This document shows positions 23,400-36,385 of a stretch of DNA of 57,039 nucleotides, one piece after another (the stretch's first letter is position 1; each line of letters begins with the position of its first letter). Below the pieces are notes generated by a model. That model made no database searches and was not told where the DNA came from. It worked only from the letters and a program-made list of their open reading frames with translations. The position numbers and the translations under genes were made by a program. Source of the DNA: Octopus bimaculoides (taxonomy: Eukaryota). The DNA lies in NCBI RefSeq assembly GCF_001194135.2, contig NC_068984.1, positions 111,696,656-111,753,694 of the forward strand, given 5' to 3'.

Positions 23400-24345
23400 T
23401 GTGGTGAGCCTGCAGAATGTATAACATGCCAAACAAAAAGCTTAGTGGCATTTCGTCCTTCTTCACGTTCTCAGTTCAAATTCCGCCAAGGTTGAGTTTT
23501 GCTTTTGTCTTTCAGGGTCAATAAAATAAGTACCAGTCGAGCTCTGGGGTCGATGTAATCAACTAGTCTTCATCCTCCCAAATTTCAGGCCTTGTACCTA
23601 TAGTAAAAAGAATTATCACTTTTGTTATTATTAGTAAAGTGTCAAGCTGGCAGAATCTTTAGCACACTTTACATTCTGAGTTCAAATTCCACCAAGGTCA
23701 ACTTTGCCTTTCATCCTTCCAAGGTCGATAAATTAAGTACCAGTTGCATACTACAGTCAATGTAATCCACTGGTCCCCTCCCCCAAAATGTCAGGCCTTG
23801 TACATTTAGTAGAAAAGCGGTGAGCTGGTAGAAACGTTAGCACGCCGGGCGAAATGCTTAGCAGTATTTTGTCTGCAGTTAAGTTTTGAGTTCAAATTCC
23901 GCCGAGGTCGACTTTGCCTTTCATCCTTTCCGGGGTCGATAAATAAAGTACCAGTTACGCACTGGGGTGGATGTAATCGACTTAATCCCTTCGTCTGTCC
24001 CCTCTATATTTAGCCCCTTGTAGGCAATAAAGAAATAAAGAAATAAGAAAGGATTATTATTATAATTAGTAGTAGTAGTAGTAGTAGTAGTGGTAGTGGT
24101 GGTAGTCGTAGTAGTAGTAGTAGTAAGGCGGTGAGCTGGCAGAACCATTATTGTGCCAGGCAAAATGTTTAGTACCATTTCATCCATCCTTATATTTTGA
24201 ATTCAAATTCCTCCAAAATTGACTTTGCCTTTCATCCTTTTTGGGGGTCAGTAAAGAAAGAACCAATTGAACACTAGGGTTGATGTAATCAACTTATCCA
24301 CTTCCCCCCTAAATTGCTGGCATTGTGCCAAATGTGAAATCATTA
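23400..24345 (+). mobile_element. Head-to-tail array of four SINE B copies (tails T2, T2, T1, T3)
   Basis: Copies start at ~23400, ~23638, ~23815 and ~24125. The 23815-24046 copy is CpG-intact and sits inside the AGAAAG end of the previous tail. Confidence 0.85.
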
Positions 24346-24534
24346 TTATTAATAATAATAATAATTTTTACAGGTTGAGAATTAAGGAAAATTTTCAAAA
24401 TTCATTGGACTAGTGGTGCCGCTAGGATATAACATGCCAAAGGATAGTGACAGTTTGAGACAAGTTCTACAATTATGGTAGTATCATCAGCAAGAACCTC
24501 TTTGAGTCGAGGGGAGAGCAATGAGACTATCTTC

Positions 24535-24930
24535 AGCATGGCTGTGTGGTAAAAAGCTTGCTTCCCAACCACATGGTTCTGGTTCGGTCCCACTGTGTGG
24601 CACCATGGGCAAGTCTCTTCTGCTATAGCCTCAAGCCAACCAAAGCCTTGTGAGTGGATTTGGTAGACAAACTGAAAAAGCATGTTGTGTATGTATGTGT
24701 GTGTGTGTGTTCTTGTCTTCATGTCTGTGTTTGTCTCCTCACCTCACCACTTGACAAACGATGTTGGTGTGTTTATATCCCTGTAACTTAGTGGTTCAGC
24801 AAAATATTCCAATAGAATAAGTACTAGGCTATCAAAAAAAATGTCCTGGGGTTGATTTGTTTGACTGAAACTCTTCAAGGCAGTGCTCCAGCATGGCTGT
24901 AGTCAAATGACTGAAACAAGTAAAAAAATA
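24535..24930 (+). mobile_element. SINE family A, full length
   Basis: GCATGGCTGTGTGGTAAAAAGCTTGC...GCTCCAGCATGGCTGTAGTCAAATGACTGAAACAAGTAAAA. Confidence 0.85.
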
Positions 24931-26599
24931 CTGTCTGTTCTTGAACTGAATTAGTCTGGTTATCAATGAGCTCTTTTCATCAATTTAATTACCCTCTCTT
25001 TGACAGATAACGACAAGTTGGTCTCTTTTAAAAGTTACTTTGACAGTAATTATTCACAAGAGCTTCATTTTCTTTTATCGCTACAGTCTAGGAATTCCTC
25101 ATCAAAACACACATGACTAACTACTAACTAATTTGCACTCCTTTGGTTACAATGACATGTGTTCCTGTTGATCCAGTCAACAGAACTGCCTGCTCATGAA
25201 CTTAACATGCAAGTGGTAGAACATGTCACAGACATATATAACCTTAATGTAGTTCTGAGAGAGATTCAACAAGACAGAATGTGAAAAGGATGACCCTTTG
25301 AATTGCAGGTACAACTTGTTTTTACCAGTTGAGTGGACAGGAGTAATGTGAAATAAAGTATTTTGCTCAAAGACACAGTGGAATCAAAGCTGGGAATCAA
25401 ACTCATAACCTGAAGATTGTGAGCCGAATGCCCTAACAACTAAGCTACTCATCTTCAAAGAACACACATGCCTTAATTGACAAATCATGTTTTTTTAATA
25501 TTTCAAAGACATGCAAAGAAATTCCATGCAGAAAGCATTTTTCTGTGAATGTGAATTATGGAATAAATTCTCTGTTCAATTCCCCACCCACTACTGCAAA
25601 ATATAACCTCAGTCTCTTTAAATTTGGGTTAACATGTACCTTACCTTCTGTTAACAACTTCCAATTTTTATCGATTCTTTTATTGCTAACTTGATTTATA
25701 TCATTAAATCCTTTATTTGCATCTCATGCACCATTTTTCATTACAGTTGGTTCTTTTACATGATCTTTAATTAGCATGTAATTGTGTATTTCATTAAGAA
25801 TTTTTCTTTAATCATTTGTTTTTTAATCATTTAAGAGTTGCATGCAGAATAGAGAGAATCCAGACAATAACGTATCTACACATTGCAAATATATTTTGCC
25901 AAATTTGAACTTGACTAGTACCTTGTTCTCTATGGATAATAAAAGACGAGCATTTATAGAATACCCAGGAATTTAAGCAAAATTCAAAGAATTTTGTTTA
26001 AATTCCTTGCTGATGTTCCAACAACGCCTCCTATTATACTTTACCATTTGTGCTGCTTAGCCCCAGGTGAAATCATAAGAACAATTTCATTTTGAAGTTT
26101 GGCTGTGGTTAGGAAGCAAGCTTCCTAACCATGTGGTCTCAAGTTCAGTCCTGCTATGCGACTCCCTAGGCAAGAGATCTACTCTAACCCCTGGGCAAAC
26201 CAAAGCTTTGTGAATAGATTCAATAGACAGAACTAAATAAATATATGTTGTGTTTGTGCGTGGTGATGATTATATCGACAATGATGATGATAATGATGAT
26301 GATGATGATGATGATGACGACAATAACAAGACAATGACAATGGTAATAGTGATGATGATGGAGATGATGATCATCATTATGATCATGAAGTGGGTAAGTG
26401 CTCTATGGACACTTGCTCAAAGGATAGGTGATCTCCTCTAGGTGTATTCCCCACCAGCTTACAGATGCATACGGAGAATAGACCCCTTCACTTGGATCTT
26501 CACTACTTTCATTGAACTTGGAAGATCTTGGCTGATGAAACATGAGCAAGGAAGAGATCTTCTGATAATTCACAGTAATCATATTATTTAATAAAAAAA

Positions 26600-26827
26600 A
26601 TAAATGCGCACATTTAAAGCCTAGCCAGGCTCATGGGCCCGGTTTCCCGGTTTCAATGGCGCATGTGTTCCATCACAGCGTTACTCATTTCTGCCAGCTG
26701 AATGGACTGGAGCAACGTGAAATGAAGTGCTTTGCTCAGGAACACAACGCATCGCCCGGTCCAGGAATTGAAACCACAATCTTACGATCATGATGCTGAC
26801 ACCTTAACCACTAAACCACGCGCCTTC
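26600..26827 (-). mobile_element. SINE family C, tail C2, young-looking
   Basis: Same head and core as above, with tail ...CCATTGAAACCGGGAAACCGGGCCCATGAGCCTGGCTAGGC. Related copies lie at 19625-19818, 36920-37145 and 37170-37362. Confidence 0.8.
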
Positions 26828-27084
26828 AGAATCATATTATTTACATTATTCAAATAAATCATATAACTCGCATGAAGATTATTCAGAGACCAATACATCA
26901 AATTCCTTAATATTAAACCTCATTTTTTTTATTTATTTCCTCACCTCCAGCAAGCACTAGATTGCAGGCTTACTGTTTTAGTATGATGGTCAGTCATAGA
27001 TTTTTCTTACTGTTCACAATGAAATGTAGGTTATCATGTAGACAATGACCACATTTAAGTTTGAGTAACCAAATATTTTACTAA

Positions 27085-27302
27085 CCTTTTAGCATTTAAA
27101 CAGGCCATTTCTGGTCTAAATATTCTACCTGTTTTATGTTCTAACCAGTCAGATCCAGCTTCTCAGACCTATTCTACAATGTCATTTTAAAAATAAGCAA
27201 GCACATCAAAACCTTGAAGCTAGAAGATAATGCATGATTAATTCAATATGATGTGAATAAATAAGCATTACACTTGACAGAGTAATCTAAATATTAAAAG
27301 GT
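27085..27302. mobile_element. piggyBac-like MITE, decayed
   Basis: CCTTTTAGCATTTAAAC...GCATGATTAATTCAA...ATATTAAAAGG. Another, split copy lies at 30595-30700 plus 31005-31075. Confidence 0.65.
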
Positions 27303-27312
27303 TACCCTGTAC

Positions 27313-27600
27313 CATCATCATTTAACATCTGCTTTCCATGCTAGCATGGGTTGGACAGTTTGAGATGGAACTGGCTAGCCGGGAGCTATCCAGACTCCAG
27401 TTGTCTGTTGAGGCATGGCTTCTATAGCTAGATACCCTTCCTAACACCAACCACTTAACAGAGTGTACTGGATACTATGTACATGCCCCCGAAACATGTG
27501 CATTTATGCAGTATTGCCATGGGTGCATTAACACAGCACCAGCACAGGTGCTTTTTAAGTGGCACCTAAAAGGACAGGCCTGTATGTGTGGATGGCACTG
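27313..27600 (-). mobile_element. RTE 3'-UTR-type repeat
   Basis: CATCATCATTTAACATCTGCTTTCCATGCTAGCATGGGTTGGAC... Confidence 0.75.
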
Positions 27601-29397
27601 ATGTTTACTTAACTTGACATGTCTTATCAAGTACAGCAAACCACCCCTGTATCATCATATACAAATGAACATTCAGTAAATAATCTTTTCTATTCTATGC
27701 ACAAGATCTGAAATTCTGGGGGAAGGGCCAGTCGAGTAGATCAACCCCAGAACGCAACTGATACTTAATTTATCGACTCCGAAAAGATGAAAGGCAAAGT
27801 CGACCTTGGCAGAATTTGAACTCAGAACATAAAGAACATTCAATTAATAATGGAACAAGTTTCAATGAAAACAATGCTAAGGAAGCTTCTGTATAAAACT
27901 TGCAAGCTGTTGTGAAAGTAGGGCAAAGAATTGAAGTCACTGCATATAATTGATATGTGTTGCTTGACATTGATAAGTTAAGATGAGTACCATTTGGCAG
28001 GTGTGACATAAGCATATTACTTAAAAGAGAAAGAGGAGGAGACTGAGTAACTCATTGAGACAAGAGATATAGATTCCCTTTGATGGATTAGCAGCTCTCC
28101 AGTTAATCTGACTTTGCCAGTCTTTTTACAGCTGTTAATCATCCTTCTAGAACCTTTGACCAAATTATTTGACAGGCAAACTCACTTACTTCCTTCAAAG
28201 ATTGCAGCCTCAGGCTTAATAATTCACCCAGCGCTTATTAGTCAAGCCATATTTACATACACAGTCTTATCATATGGTGATCCTTTCCTTTTTATGGGAA
28301 TATTTTAATTCATGATTCTAAACTGGAGGCATCACAGAATTTTAGTTCAAATCTCAGCTAGGATCTTGCTACACTATCAATCTATGCTTTGTCTTTCTTT
28401 TTCCACCAGATTCTAAAATCAGATCATGGAAATACCAGTCAAATTTCTTTAAATTACAGTCTACAATATCCAAATAGGAAGGTTGTATTGACCAACAAAG
28501 AGTTAGATTTCCAAGGGTACAGGATAGTCATGGCTATAAAGTCTTTGGTAGATCAAGGCTGACCCCCAACTAAACAACTACATTAATGGGGTAACCTAAT
28601 AGCAGCCAAATCTTCTTCAAAATCACATTCTCCTGTAATACTAGATACACAAATTGAAAGAATGGTCATATCTGGAGTGACTTGATCATGAATCAAGGTC
28701 AAGGTTTCATAGATTAGGTTTCAGTTTGGGACACAACCAACAACAACATTGCTGATTTTTTCCATTATTTTTCTTCTTACAATTTCTTTTTTTTTTTTCT
28801 TCCTCCTACCTCTCTTCTCTATCATCTTCTTCTTACTAGCATCTGTTCCCTCTGAAGTGATTTAACCCCCCCACCCCACCTGCTCCTTACCCCATTTACA
28901 ACAATCTACAAAGGTTCATAACATATGCTATGCCTTCTTATCTTGTTCTGGTTACCATTTAAAAGATATGACAATATCGTGCATATTCAGAATGCCAGAC
29001 ATTCAACATGCACGCATTCCTTTCGGGTTAGGACCCACGAAAATGTTGAGGGTAACAAGTGTAATGTGATTATACTAGAATTAGTTGGGTCATTGGGTTT
29101 AGTCCCTTAAAAATAATCTGAAAGCAGTTCAAGAACAATATCAAAACAAGCATGGCTCTACAAAATAAGTCTGTATTACTTGAGGTTACAGATATATCTT
29201 ATTTGAGAATCTAATTACTTTTTGATATCTTGAAAGAATCAAACAAAACTAACATGTCATTTAATTTTTTGATATTGATAACTAAAGACCTACACTGTAT
29301 CAAAAAAAAAAAAATAAGTAACTTAATAATTTCTAACATTTAATATAGTAGAAATCATCATCATCATTATTGTTGTAAATATTGGTTTTGTTGTTGT

Positions 29398-29620
29398 TAA
29401 GGTGGCAAGCTAGAAAAACTGTTAGCACACCAGGCAAAATGTTTTGCAGCATTTTGCCTGTTATTACATTATGATTTCAAATTCTGTTGAGGTCAACTTT
29501 GCCTTTCATGCTTTCAGGATTGATGAAATAAATATCAATTCCACACTGGGGAGGAGGGGTCAATGTGATCAACTAGCCCCGTCCCTCAATTTCAGGCTTT
29601 GTGCCTATAGTAGAAAGAAT
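29398..29620 (+). mobile_element. SINE family B, tail T2
   Basis: Head, core and TTTCAGGCTTTGTGCCTATAGTAGAAAG tail; a similar copy lies at 30165-30358. Confidence 0.8.
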
Positions 29621-29633
29621 CATTATCATTACA

Positions 29634-29666
<33 letters not shown>

Positions 29667-29912
29667 GAGTGAGAGAGCAGTGCATGCCATCAAATATATG
29701 GGGTACAAATATATGAAGCTCAGTATACCTATCATGACTACACGTCTGATAAGGGTGCACCAGGCACATGCATCACAACCATATATACACAACATGGTTA
29801 TCTCATATCAAGACAAACAGCACATGACCTTGTAGGTGGGGCCCACTTAGAACTGTCAGGTCAAGTAGCCCATCCCACTCAAAAGGTCACTGAATAAGGG
29901 TTATTTAAGGAT
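29667..29912 (-). mobile_element. Truncated copy of the (TAA)n-anchored repeat
   Basis: (ATT)n-GAGTGAGAGAGCAGTGCATGCCATCAAA...CCCATCCCACTCAAAAGGTCACTGAATAAGGG is the reverse complement of 10370-10629. Confidence 0.7.
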
Positions 29913-29948
29913 TCTTCTTCTTCTTATTATTATTATTATTATCATCAT

Positions 29949-30125
29949 CAGTGCCTTTGCACAACTTCTAACACTGGAGATGTACTATAGTGTCAGCTGC
30001 TCACTACCAGTGAACTAAAGTAACACCTCTTATTTTTCAAGCACCTTCCGGAGTATTCAAGCAGTTCCAAGCAGTGCTGTTTTCTGCAAATGCTCCACCC
30101 TTATTGCAGCCCCTATTTGTTCCAC
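29949..30125 (-). pseudogene. R4/Dong-clade short 3' fragment (third subfamily)
   Basis: Minus strand: VEQIGAAIRVEHLQKTALLGTA*ILRKVLEK*, then a short UTR and (GAT)(AAT)n. Confidence 0.75.
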
Positions 30126-31172
30126 GTACTACTACTACTACTACTACTATTATTATTATTATTAAAATGGTGAGCTAGCAGAAGCATTAGAATGCCGGAC
30201 AAAATGCTGCTAAGTATTTTGTCTGTTTTTACCTACTGACTTCAAATTCTGCTAAGGTTGACTTAGCCTTTTATCCTTTCAAGGTCAATGAAATACGTAC
30301 CAGCTTCTCACTGGGTTTGATGTAATCAACTACTCCCTTCCCCCAAAATTTCAGGCTTTAAGATAGCGATTTAGCTTCTTTTTGTAGCATATTTCAAAAG
30401 GTCCCCTGCTGTAGCCATTCCATTTTATTTTTACACTTACAGACAAAAGAAAGCCAATGTGTTTCATTGCTGTTTCTGTTACTTTTTAAAGACTGTGGTA
30501 TTTACTCTAACTCTCTATGCTCTGAGTTCAAATCCCACTGAGATCAAATTTGCCTTTTAATATTTTGGGGGTCAAACAAAAATGTACCAAAATAACTCTT
30601 TAGCATTTAAACTGGCCATATCTGACCCAAATATCTTTCCAGTTTTATGTTTAAACTGGTCAGATCCAACCTCTCACACCAAAGCCAGAATGTAATTCTG
30701 ATAAATTAGCAATTGGTTGATGTTAGGAAGGACATCAAGTCATAGAAACAATGCTTAAAACAAACAAACAGAGCCTGGTGCAATTCTCTGGTTTGCCAGC
30801 TCCTGTCAACCCATCCAACCCATACCAACATGGAAGACAGATATTAAATAAGGACGATGATGATAACAATGATAATGATGGTGATTATGATGTTAACAAT
30901 GATGATGATGATGATAACAATGTTGATAATGGTGATGGTCATGGTGATGACAATGATGATGATGACTATGATGAGGATGATGATGACGAGGATGAAGCTA
31001 GGAGATAATGCATGATTAATTCAAAGCAATGTTAATATGTAGGCATAACATTTGGCAGAGTAATCTGAATGCTAGGGACCCGATAGATGCCTTGTGGTAT
31101 TTATTCCGGCTCTTTGCATTTTGCATTTAAAACCCACTATGGTTCACTTGGGTGAATGACTTTATCTATCAC

Positions 31173-31325
31173 CTAATTTAACACCATCACTCGGTAATTT
31201 GGTATCTTTAGTTGAGTCCACTGTTTCACAAGCATTTTGGCCAGGTTTTCTGTTTGAAGACATCTTCCTTCACTCTCATCGATCTGTGAAGCTCTTTAAC
31301 AGATGATAGGCCACTGGTTTCCCTC
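31173..31325 (-). CDS. Candidate start-codon exon (ATG at 31263; MSSNRKPGQNACETVDSTKDTKLPSDGVKL), unassigned
   Basis: Strong acceptor TTTTTGCGTTTTCCTCTTTTACTCAG|G, AAGATGT start with upstream in-frame stops, and donor TAG|GTGATA; no homology recognised. Confidence 0.25.
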
Positions 31326-31685
31326 CTGAGTAAAAGAGGAAAACGCAAAAACGGTTAACAAAACTAGTTAAGCAATAGTTTCTCATATATTTTTGTGCAA
31401 ATATTAAACATTGAAACATACATATTTTAAGATTCACCTTTCGAAGTACCCCAGGGATCTCTTAAAAAGTAACCTTCATGCTCCCACTTCGGACCCCACT
31501 CATTTACTTCTATTCAGCTCATACACACTGAGGGTCCATCCTAATGCCTCATTACCACTCATTTGATCTCCTTCTCACTCCACCATAATCACTATGCCTC
31601 CACTGATCTTTTATTTTAAAATGCAAGTAGCCATGTGGTCCCTCTACTGCAAGAAACCTGCTCTGCTCTGGTCTCTTCTCTCTTA

Positions 31686-32793
31686 TGAGCTGGTATCAAA
31701 AGGTTCCTGGACTACTTTTGTAGTGTGCCATCAGATGGCAGCACACGGTCGTGTGCGCAGCGAGAGCTAGCAGTGATCTTCATGAGGAAGTGTGCTGAAT
31801 GACATCACTGTTTACTTTGCAAGTTGTGGAATTTGTGTTTTTGTGATCACATGTATGCTGTAGTCTGTGATTTTGTCATGCTCAGGAACAAAGAGCCTAC
31901 GTGAAATTTTGTGTTAAACTTGCAAAGTTTACTACAGAGACATCGAGCATGCTTCAGCAAGCTTACAACGATGATGCAATGGGTCGTATGCAATGTTTCA
32001 AGTGACACAGGTGCTTCAAAAGTGGAAGAACATCTCTGGAAGACAATGAGCAATCTGGAAGGCATGCTACAAGCATCACACCCAGAAATTTGGTATTGTG
32101 CATCGAGAATTTGTCCCCTAGGGCCAGACCATCAATTGAGAGTTCTACTGCAAAGTTTTGAAGCATTTGAGGACATTCGGCGAAAGTGAGAGGATCTGTG
32201 GAGTATAAAGAATTGGCTTTGTCATTGAGCTCACCTATCTCAAAAGTTTCTTTCCAAAAGCAACATAGTATTGCTTTCAAACCCACCTTATTTACCAGAT
32301 TTAGCACCTGTGGACTTCCATCTCTTCTCCCAAGATAAAAATACAGCTCAAAAGTTGCCGTTTTAACACCATTGTCTAGATCTACAGGCTGTCCACAAAG
32401 TCTGGGTACATGGGGATTAACACATACTTAAAGAAATTATTATTTCTTATATTTAATTGTTTATGTTATGATTTTGTTTACTCCATGTACCCACATGGAG
32501 ATTAACACATACTTTAAGAAATTATTATTTCTTATATTTAATTGTTTATGTTATGATTTTGGTTACTCCATGTACCTAGTCTTTGTGGACACCCTATAGA
32601 ATGAATTGCAGAAGGTTCTCGACTTGCTTACAGAAAACTACCTCCAGGCCAGATTCCAAAGGGGACAGGAATACTGGGATTGGTGTATTGCTGTGCAAGG
32701 GGACTATTTCAAAAGAGATGATGATAAAACCTAGGTAAATAAGTTATTTTTTGGTTAAACATAACTAGTCCGGGAACTTTTGATACCATCTTG
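31686..32793 (+). mobile_element. Decayed, internally deleted mariner transposon with TA TSD
   Basis: TIRs TGAGCTGGTATCAAAAGGTTCCTGGACT / AGTCCGGGAACTTTTGATACCATCTTG; TA at 31684-85 and 32794-95. Translations: QEQRAYVKFCVKLAK..MLQQAY..QCFK*HRCFKSGRTSLEDNEQSGR; NPPYLPDLAPVDFHLF (YSPDLAP motif); WDWCIAVQGDYFK. Confidence 0.92.
32385..32596. mobile_element. 212-bp Tc1/mariner-type MITE nested in the mariner
   Basis: TIR CAGGCTGTCCACAAAGTCTGGGTACATGG / CCATGTACCTAGTCTTTGTGGACACCCTA; TA on both sides; internal 85-bp unit present twice. Confidence 0.9.
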
Positions 32794-33262
32794 TAACTTC
32801 TACTTGTTTCAGTCATTGAACTCTGGCCATACTGGAGCGCTGCCCTGAAGAGTTTAGTTGACCAGATGAACCTAAGTAACTCAGTACTCGTTTTTGTGTG
32901 TGTAAAATCTTGTGTTTATTTTATCAGTTTTTTGGGGGTTTTTTTGCCAGGCTGCTAAGTTACAGGAACATAAACAAACCAACATTGGTTCATCAAGTGG
33001 TGGCAGCATTACAAACAAAAAACACCTACACACACACACACACACAGTGACACACAGACGTAAAAGCACACGTTCCTCTGTACTTTTATAATAAAAACAT
33101 CGATATTCTTTACCTTTATTTTTCCATTCAGAATCCTGGTTTTTGCAAACAATTTTAAACCACAATGTTACAATGTTTTTCATAAGCACATAAGACATCA
33201 CATAATGAATTCTCCAAAATGCAAACAAGCAGACGATTAGTACTGACTCAAAAGAATAATGA

Positions 33263-34196
33263 NNNNNNNNNNNNNNNNNNNNNNNNNNNNNNNNNNNNNN
33301 NNNNNNNNNNNNNNNNNNNNNNNNNNNNNNNNNNNNNNNNNNNNNNNNNNNNNNNNNNNNNNNNNNNNNNNNNNNNNNNNNNNNNNNNNNNNNNNNNNNN
33401 NNNNNNNNNNNNNNNNNNNNNNNNNNNNNNNNNNNNNNNNNNNNNNNNNNNNNNNNNNNNNNNNNNNNNNNNNNNNNNNNNNNNNNNNNNNNNNNNNNNN
33501 NNNNNNNNNNNNNNNNNNNNNNNNNNNNNNNNNNNNNNNNNNNNNNNNNNNNNNNNNNNNNNNNNNNNNNNNNNNNNNNNNNNNNNNNNNNNNNNNNNNN
33601 NNNNNNNNNNNNNNNNNNNNNNNNNNNNNNNNNNNNNNNNNNNNNNNNNNNNNNNNNNNNNNNNNNNNNNNNNNNNNNNNNNNNNNNNNNNNNNNNNNNN
33701 NNNNNNNNNNNNNNNNNNNNNNNNNNNNNNNNNNNNNNNNNNNNNNNNNNNNNNNNNNNNNNNNNNNNNNNNNNNNNNNNNNNNNNNNNNNNNNNNNNNN
33801 NNNNNNNNNNNNNNNNNNNNNNNNNNNNNNNNNNNNNNNNNNNNNNNNNNNNNNNNNNNNNNNNNNNNNNNNNNNNNNNNNNNNNNNNNNNNNNNNNNNN
33901 NNNNNNNNNNNNNNNNNNNNNNNNNNNNNNNNNNNNNNNNNNNNNNNNNNNNNNNNNNNNNNNNNNNNNNNNNNNNNNNNNNNNNNNNNNNNNNNNNNNN
34001 NNNNNNNNNNNNNNNNNNNNNNNNNNNNNNNNNNNNNNNNNNNNNNNNNNNNNNNNNNNNNNNNNNNNNNNNNNNNNNNNNNNNNNNNNNNNNNNNNNNN
34101 NNNNNNNNNNNNNNNNNNNNNNNNNNNNNNNNNNNNNNNNNNNNNNNNNNNNNNNNNNNNNNNNNNNNNNNNNNNNNNNNNNNNNNNNNNNNNNNN
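33263..34196. other. Largest assembly gap (934 N)
   Basis: N run followed by (TA)n; the long 'ORFs' at 33219-34427 are only X plus YI/IY dipeptides. Confidence 0.99.
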
Positions 34197-34241
<45 letters not shown>

Positions 34242-35148
34242 TCGATGTCTAGACACACACTCACACACACATATATAGACATATATATATATATAAATAT
34301 ATATGTAGATACACACATGCCTCTATATATACTTGCACATATATACACAGACACACACATGCACATGCACATATATACATACAAACATACACATACATAC
34401 ATACATACACATATGTATCATCGATAGAATGGGAATGAGAGAGACAGAGGGAGAGACAGACAGACAGATAGACAAACGGATAGAATTTCAACTGTAAACT
34501 ACTCGATTCTGACTCAGAAACACTGTATCGAGGCGGACCCAATCAAGCAAAAATTCATTCAATAAGTAAAAATAAAAAAGAAATAAAAAATTTTTTTTCA
34601 AAAACAGCCACAACAAAACCACCAACAAAACCAACAAAAACAACACAAAAGAATATAGGATTATAAAACAACAACAATAACAACATCAATAACCAAAAAT
34701 ACAACAACAAAATCAAAATGCATTACAAAACACAATGACAGCAACAACTATTATAATAAGTGACAAAAACTACATCAACAACGATGACGACGATGACGAG
34801 AATGAAAATCACAAGTCAAGCAAGAAAATTCTTGAGAAAGTCGAGAATATTGTTTCGGTCTCCTGTTCTTTAGTTTGGTAAAATGAAACGCTAAGTAGGT
34901 GAGTACTATCACTAGTAGACCTGAAGAAGTATCTATCGGTATTGGTAACTAGCTAAAACGTCTTCATAATCATATTTCTTCATTAGGTAGGTATTTAAAA
35001 GGGGAACAGCTGGTTTCAGGTGTCAAAGAGCTTGTTTAGCTCACTAGCTTGCTTTTTTGTCTGTCTGTCTGTCACTTTGTCTGTTTGTCTCTCCGTCTGC
35101 CTCTCTCTCTCTCTTTCTCTCTCTAATGAGCCAATAATCAGATATCCA

Positions 35149-35185
<37 letters not shown>

Positions 35186-35354
35186 TATTGAAAATTGTTG
35201 TTGATTGTGTGTTTGTGTGAGTTGTGTGTGTGTGTGTGTTTGGTTAATATGGTAGGTAACAAACTGGGCTTGTCTCAAAAAAGCTTGCTCCCTCCCCATG
35301 ACACTTATGCTTTGTCTCTATGTCTCTCTAATGAGTCAATGTGAATATAAGACT

Positions 35355-35690
35355 TGTGGTGGTGGTAGTGGCGGCTTCGATGGCAGGGGTAATTGTGGTT
35401 GTGGTTGTAGTTTTGTTGTTGTTGGTGGTGGTTTTGTTGTTTGTGGTTGTGGTGGTTTTGTTATTGTTAGTGGGTTTTTTGTTGTTGTTGTTGGTGGTGG
35501 TGGTGGTTTGGTTGCTGGTGGCAGCAGTGGTAGCTGCAGCAACAATGGTAGCAGTAGCAGCTGCAGTAGTAGCAGTGATAGCAACAACAGCAGTGGTAGC
35601 AGCAGCAGTGGTAGTAGCAGCAGTAATGGTAGCTGCAGCAGCAGTAGTAGTGGCGGCAGCAGTGGTAGCAGTAGCAGTAGTGGTGGTGGC
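35355..35690. repeat. Compound (GGT)/(GTT)/(AGC)/(AGT) tract
   Basis: Read directly; source of the poly-G/S, poly-V/A and poly-L ORFs. Confidence 0.95.
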
Positions 35691-36099
35691 TCTCTGTCTT
35701 TTGACAATGAAGATTCAGTCGTTTGAACTACTACAATTACCTGCTCCTGAATTAAGGTGTAAGCAGCCAAGCATTCAACAACCACATGTACCCTAAATGC
35801 TGAACTAAACTGAATTGATTGAAATATGGGTGTGCACAGTTATATTTAGCATGTTCATGTACACACAATCAAGAAAGGACTTTTACTGAGGGAACTCTCT
35901 TGGGAGAGAAATTCACTTTATGGAAAATCCACCAATGGGCTACAAATGAGGCTATAGTACTGTAGCAGATGTTATAATGCATTTCACATTGGCTGCTTAA
36001 ATATGACTATGATAGTTGTTGGTATATCTTCTTGGTCTCTCCTCTTTCTTCTCCCTCTCTCTCTGCTCTCTCATCTTCTTCCTTTTTCATTTTTTATCT

Positions 36100-36308
36100 T
36101 ATTTTTACTTGCTACACTCATTGGATTGCAGCCATAGTAGGGCACTACCTTAAAGAGTTTTAGTTAAATGAAGCAACTCCAGCACTTACTTTTTTTAAGC
36201 CTGGTACTTATTCTATTGGTCTCTTTTGCTAAACCCCGAAGTTAAAGGGATATAAACAAACAATCACTGGCTGCCAAGTGGTGGTTGGGAACAAACACAA
36301 AAACCAAG

Positions 36309-36385
<77 letters not shown>

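Noticed and set aside
28960-29065. RIPFGLGP motif resembling the cytochrome P450 heme signature
   Set aside because: The essential Cys needs a frameshift and is followed by a stop, with no other P450 motifs; likely chance.
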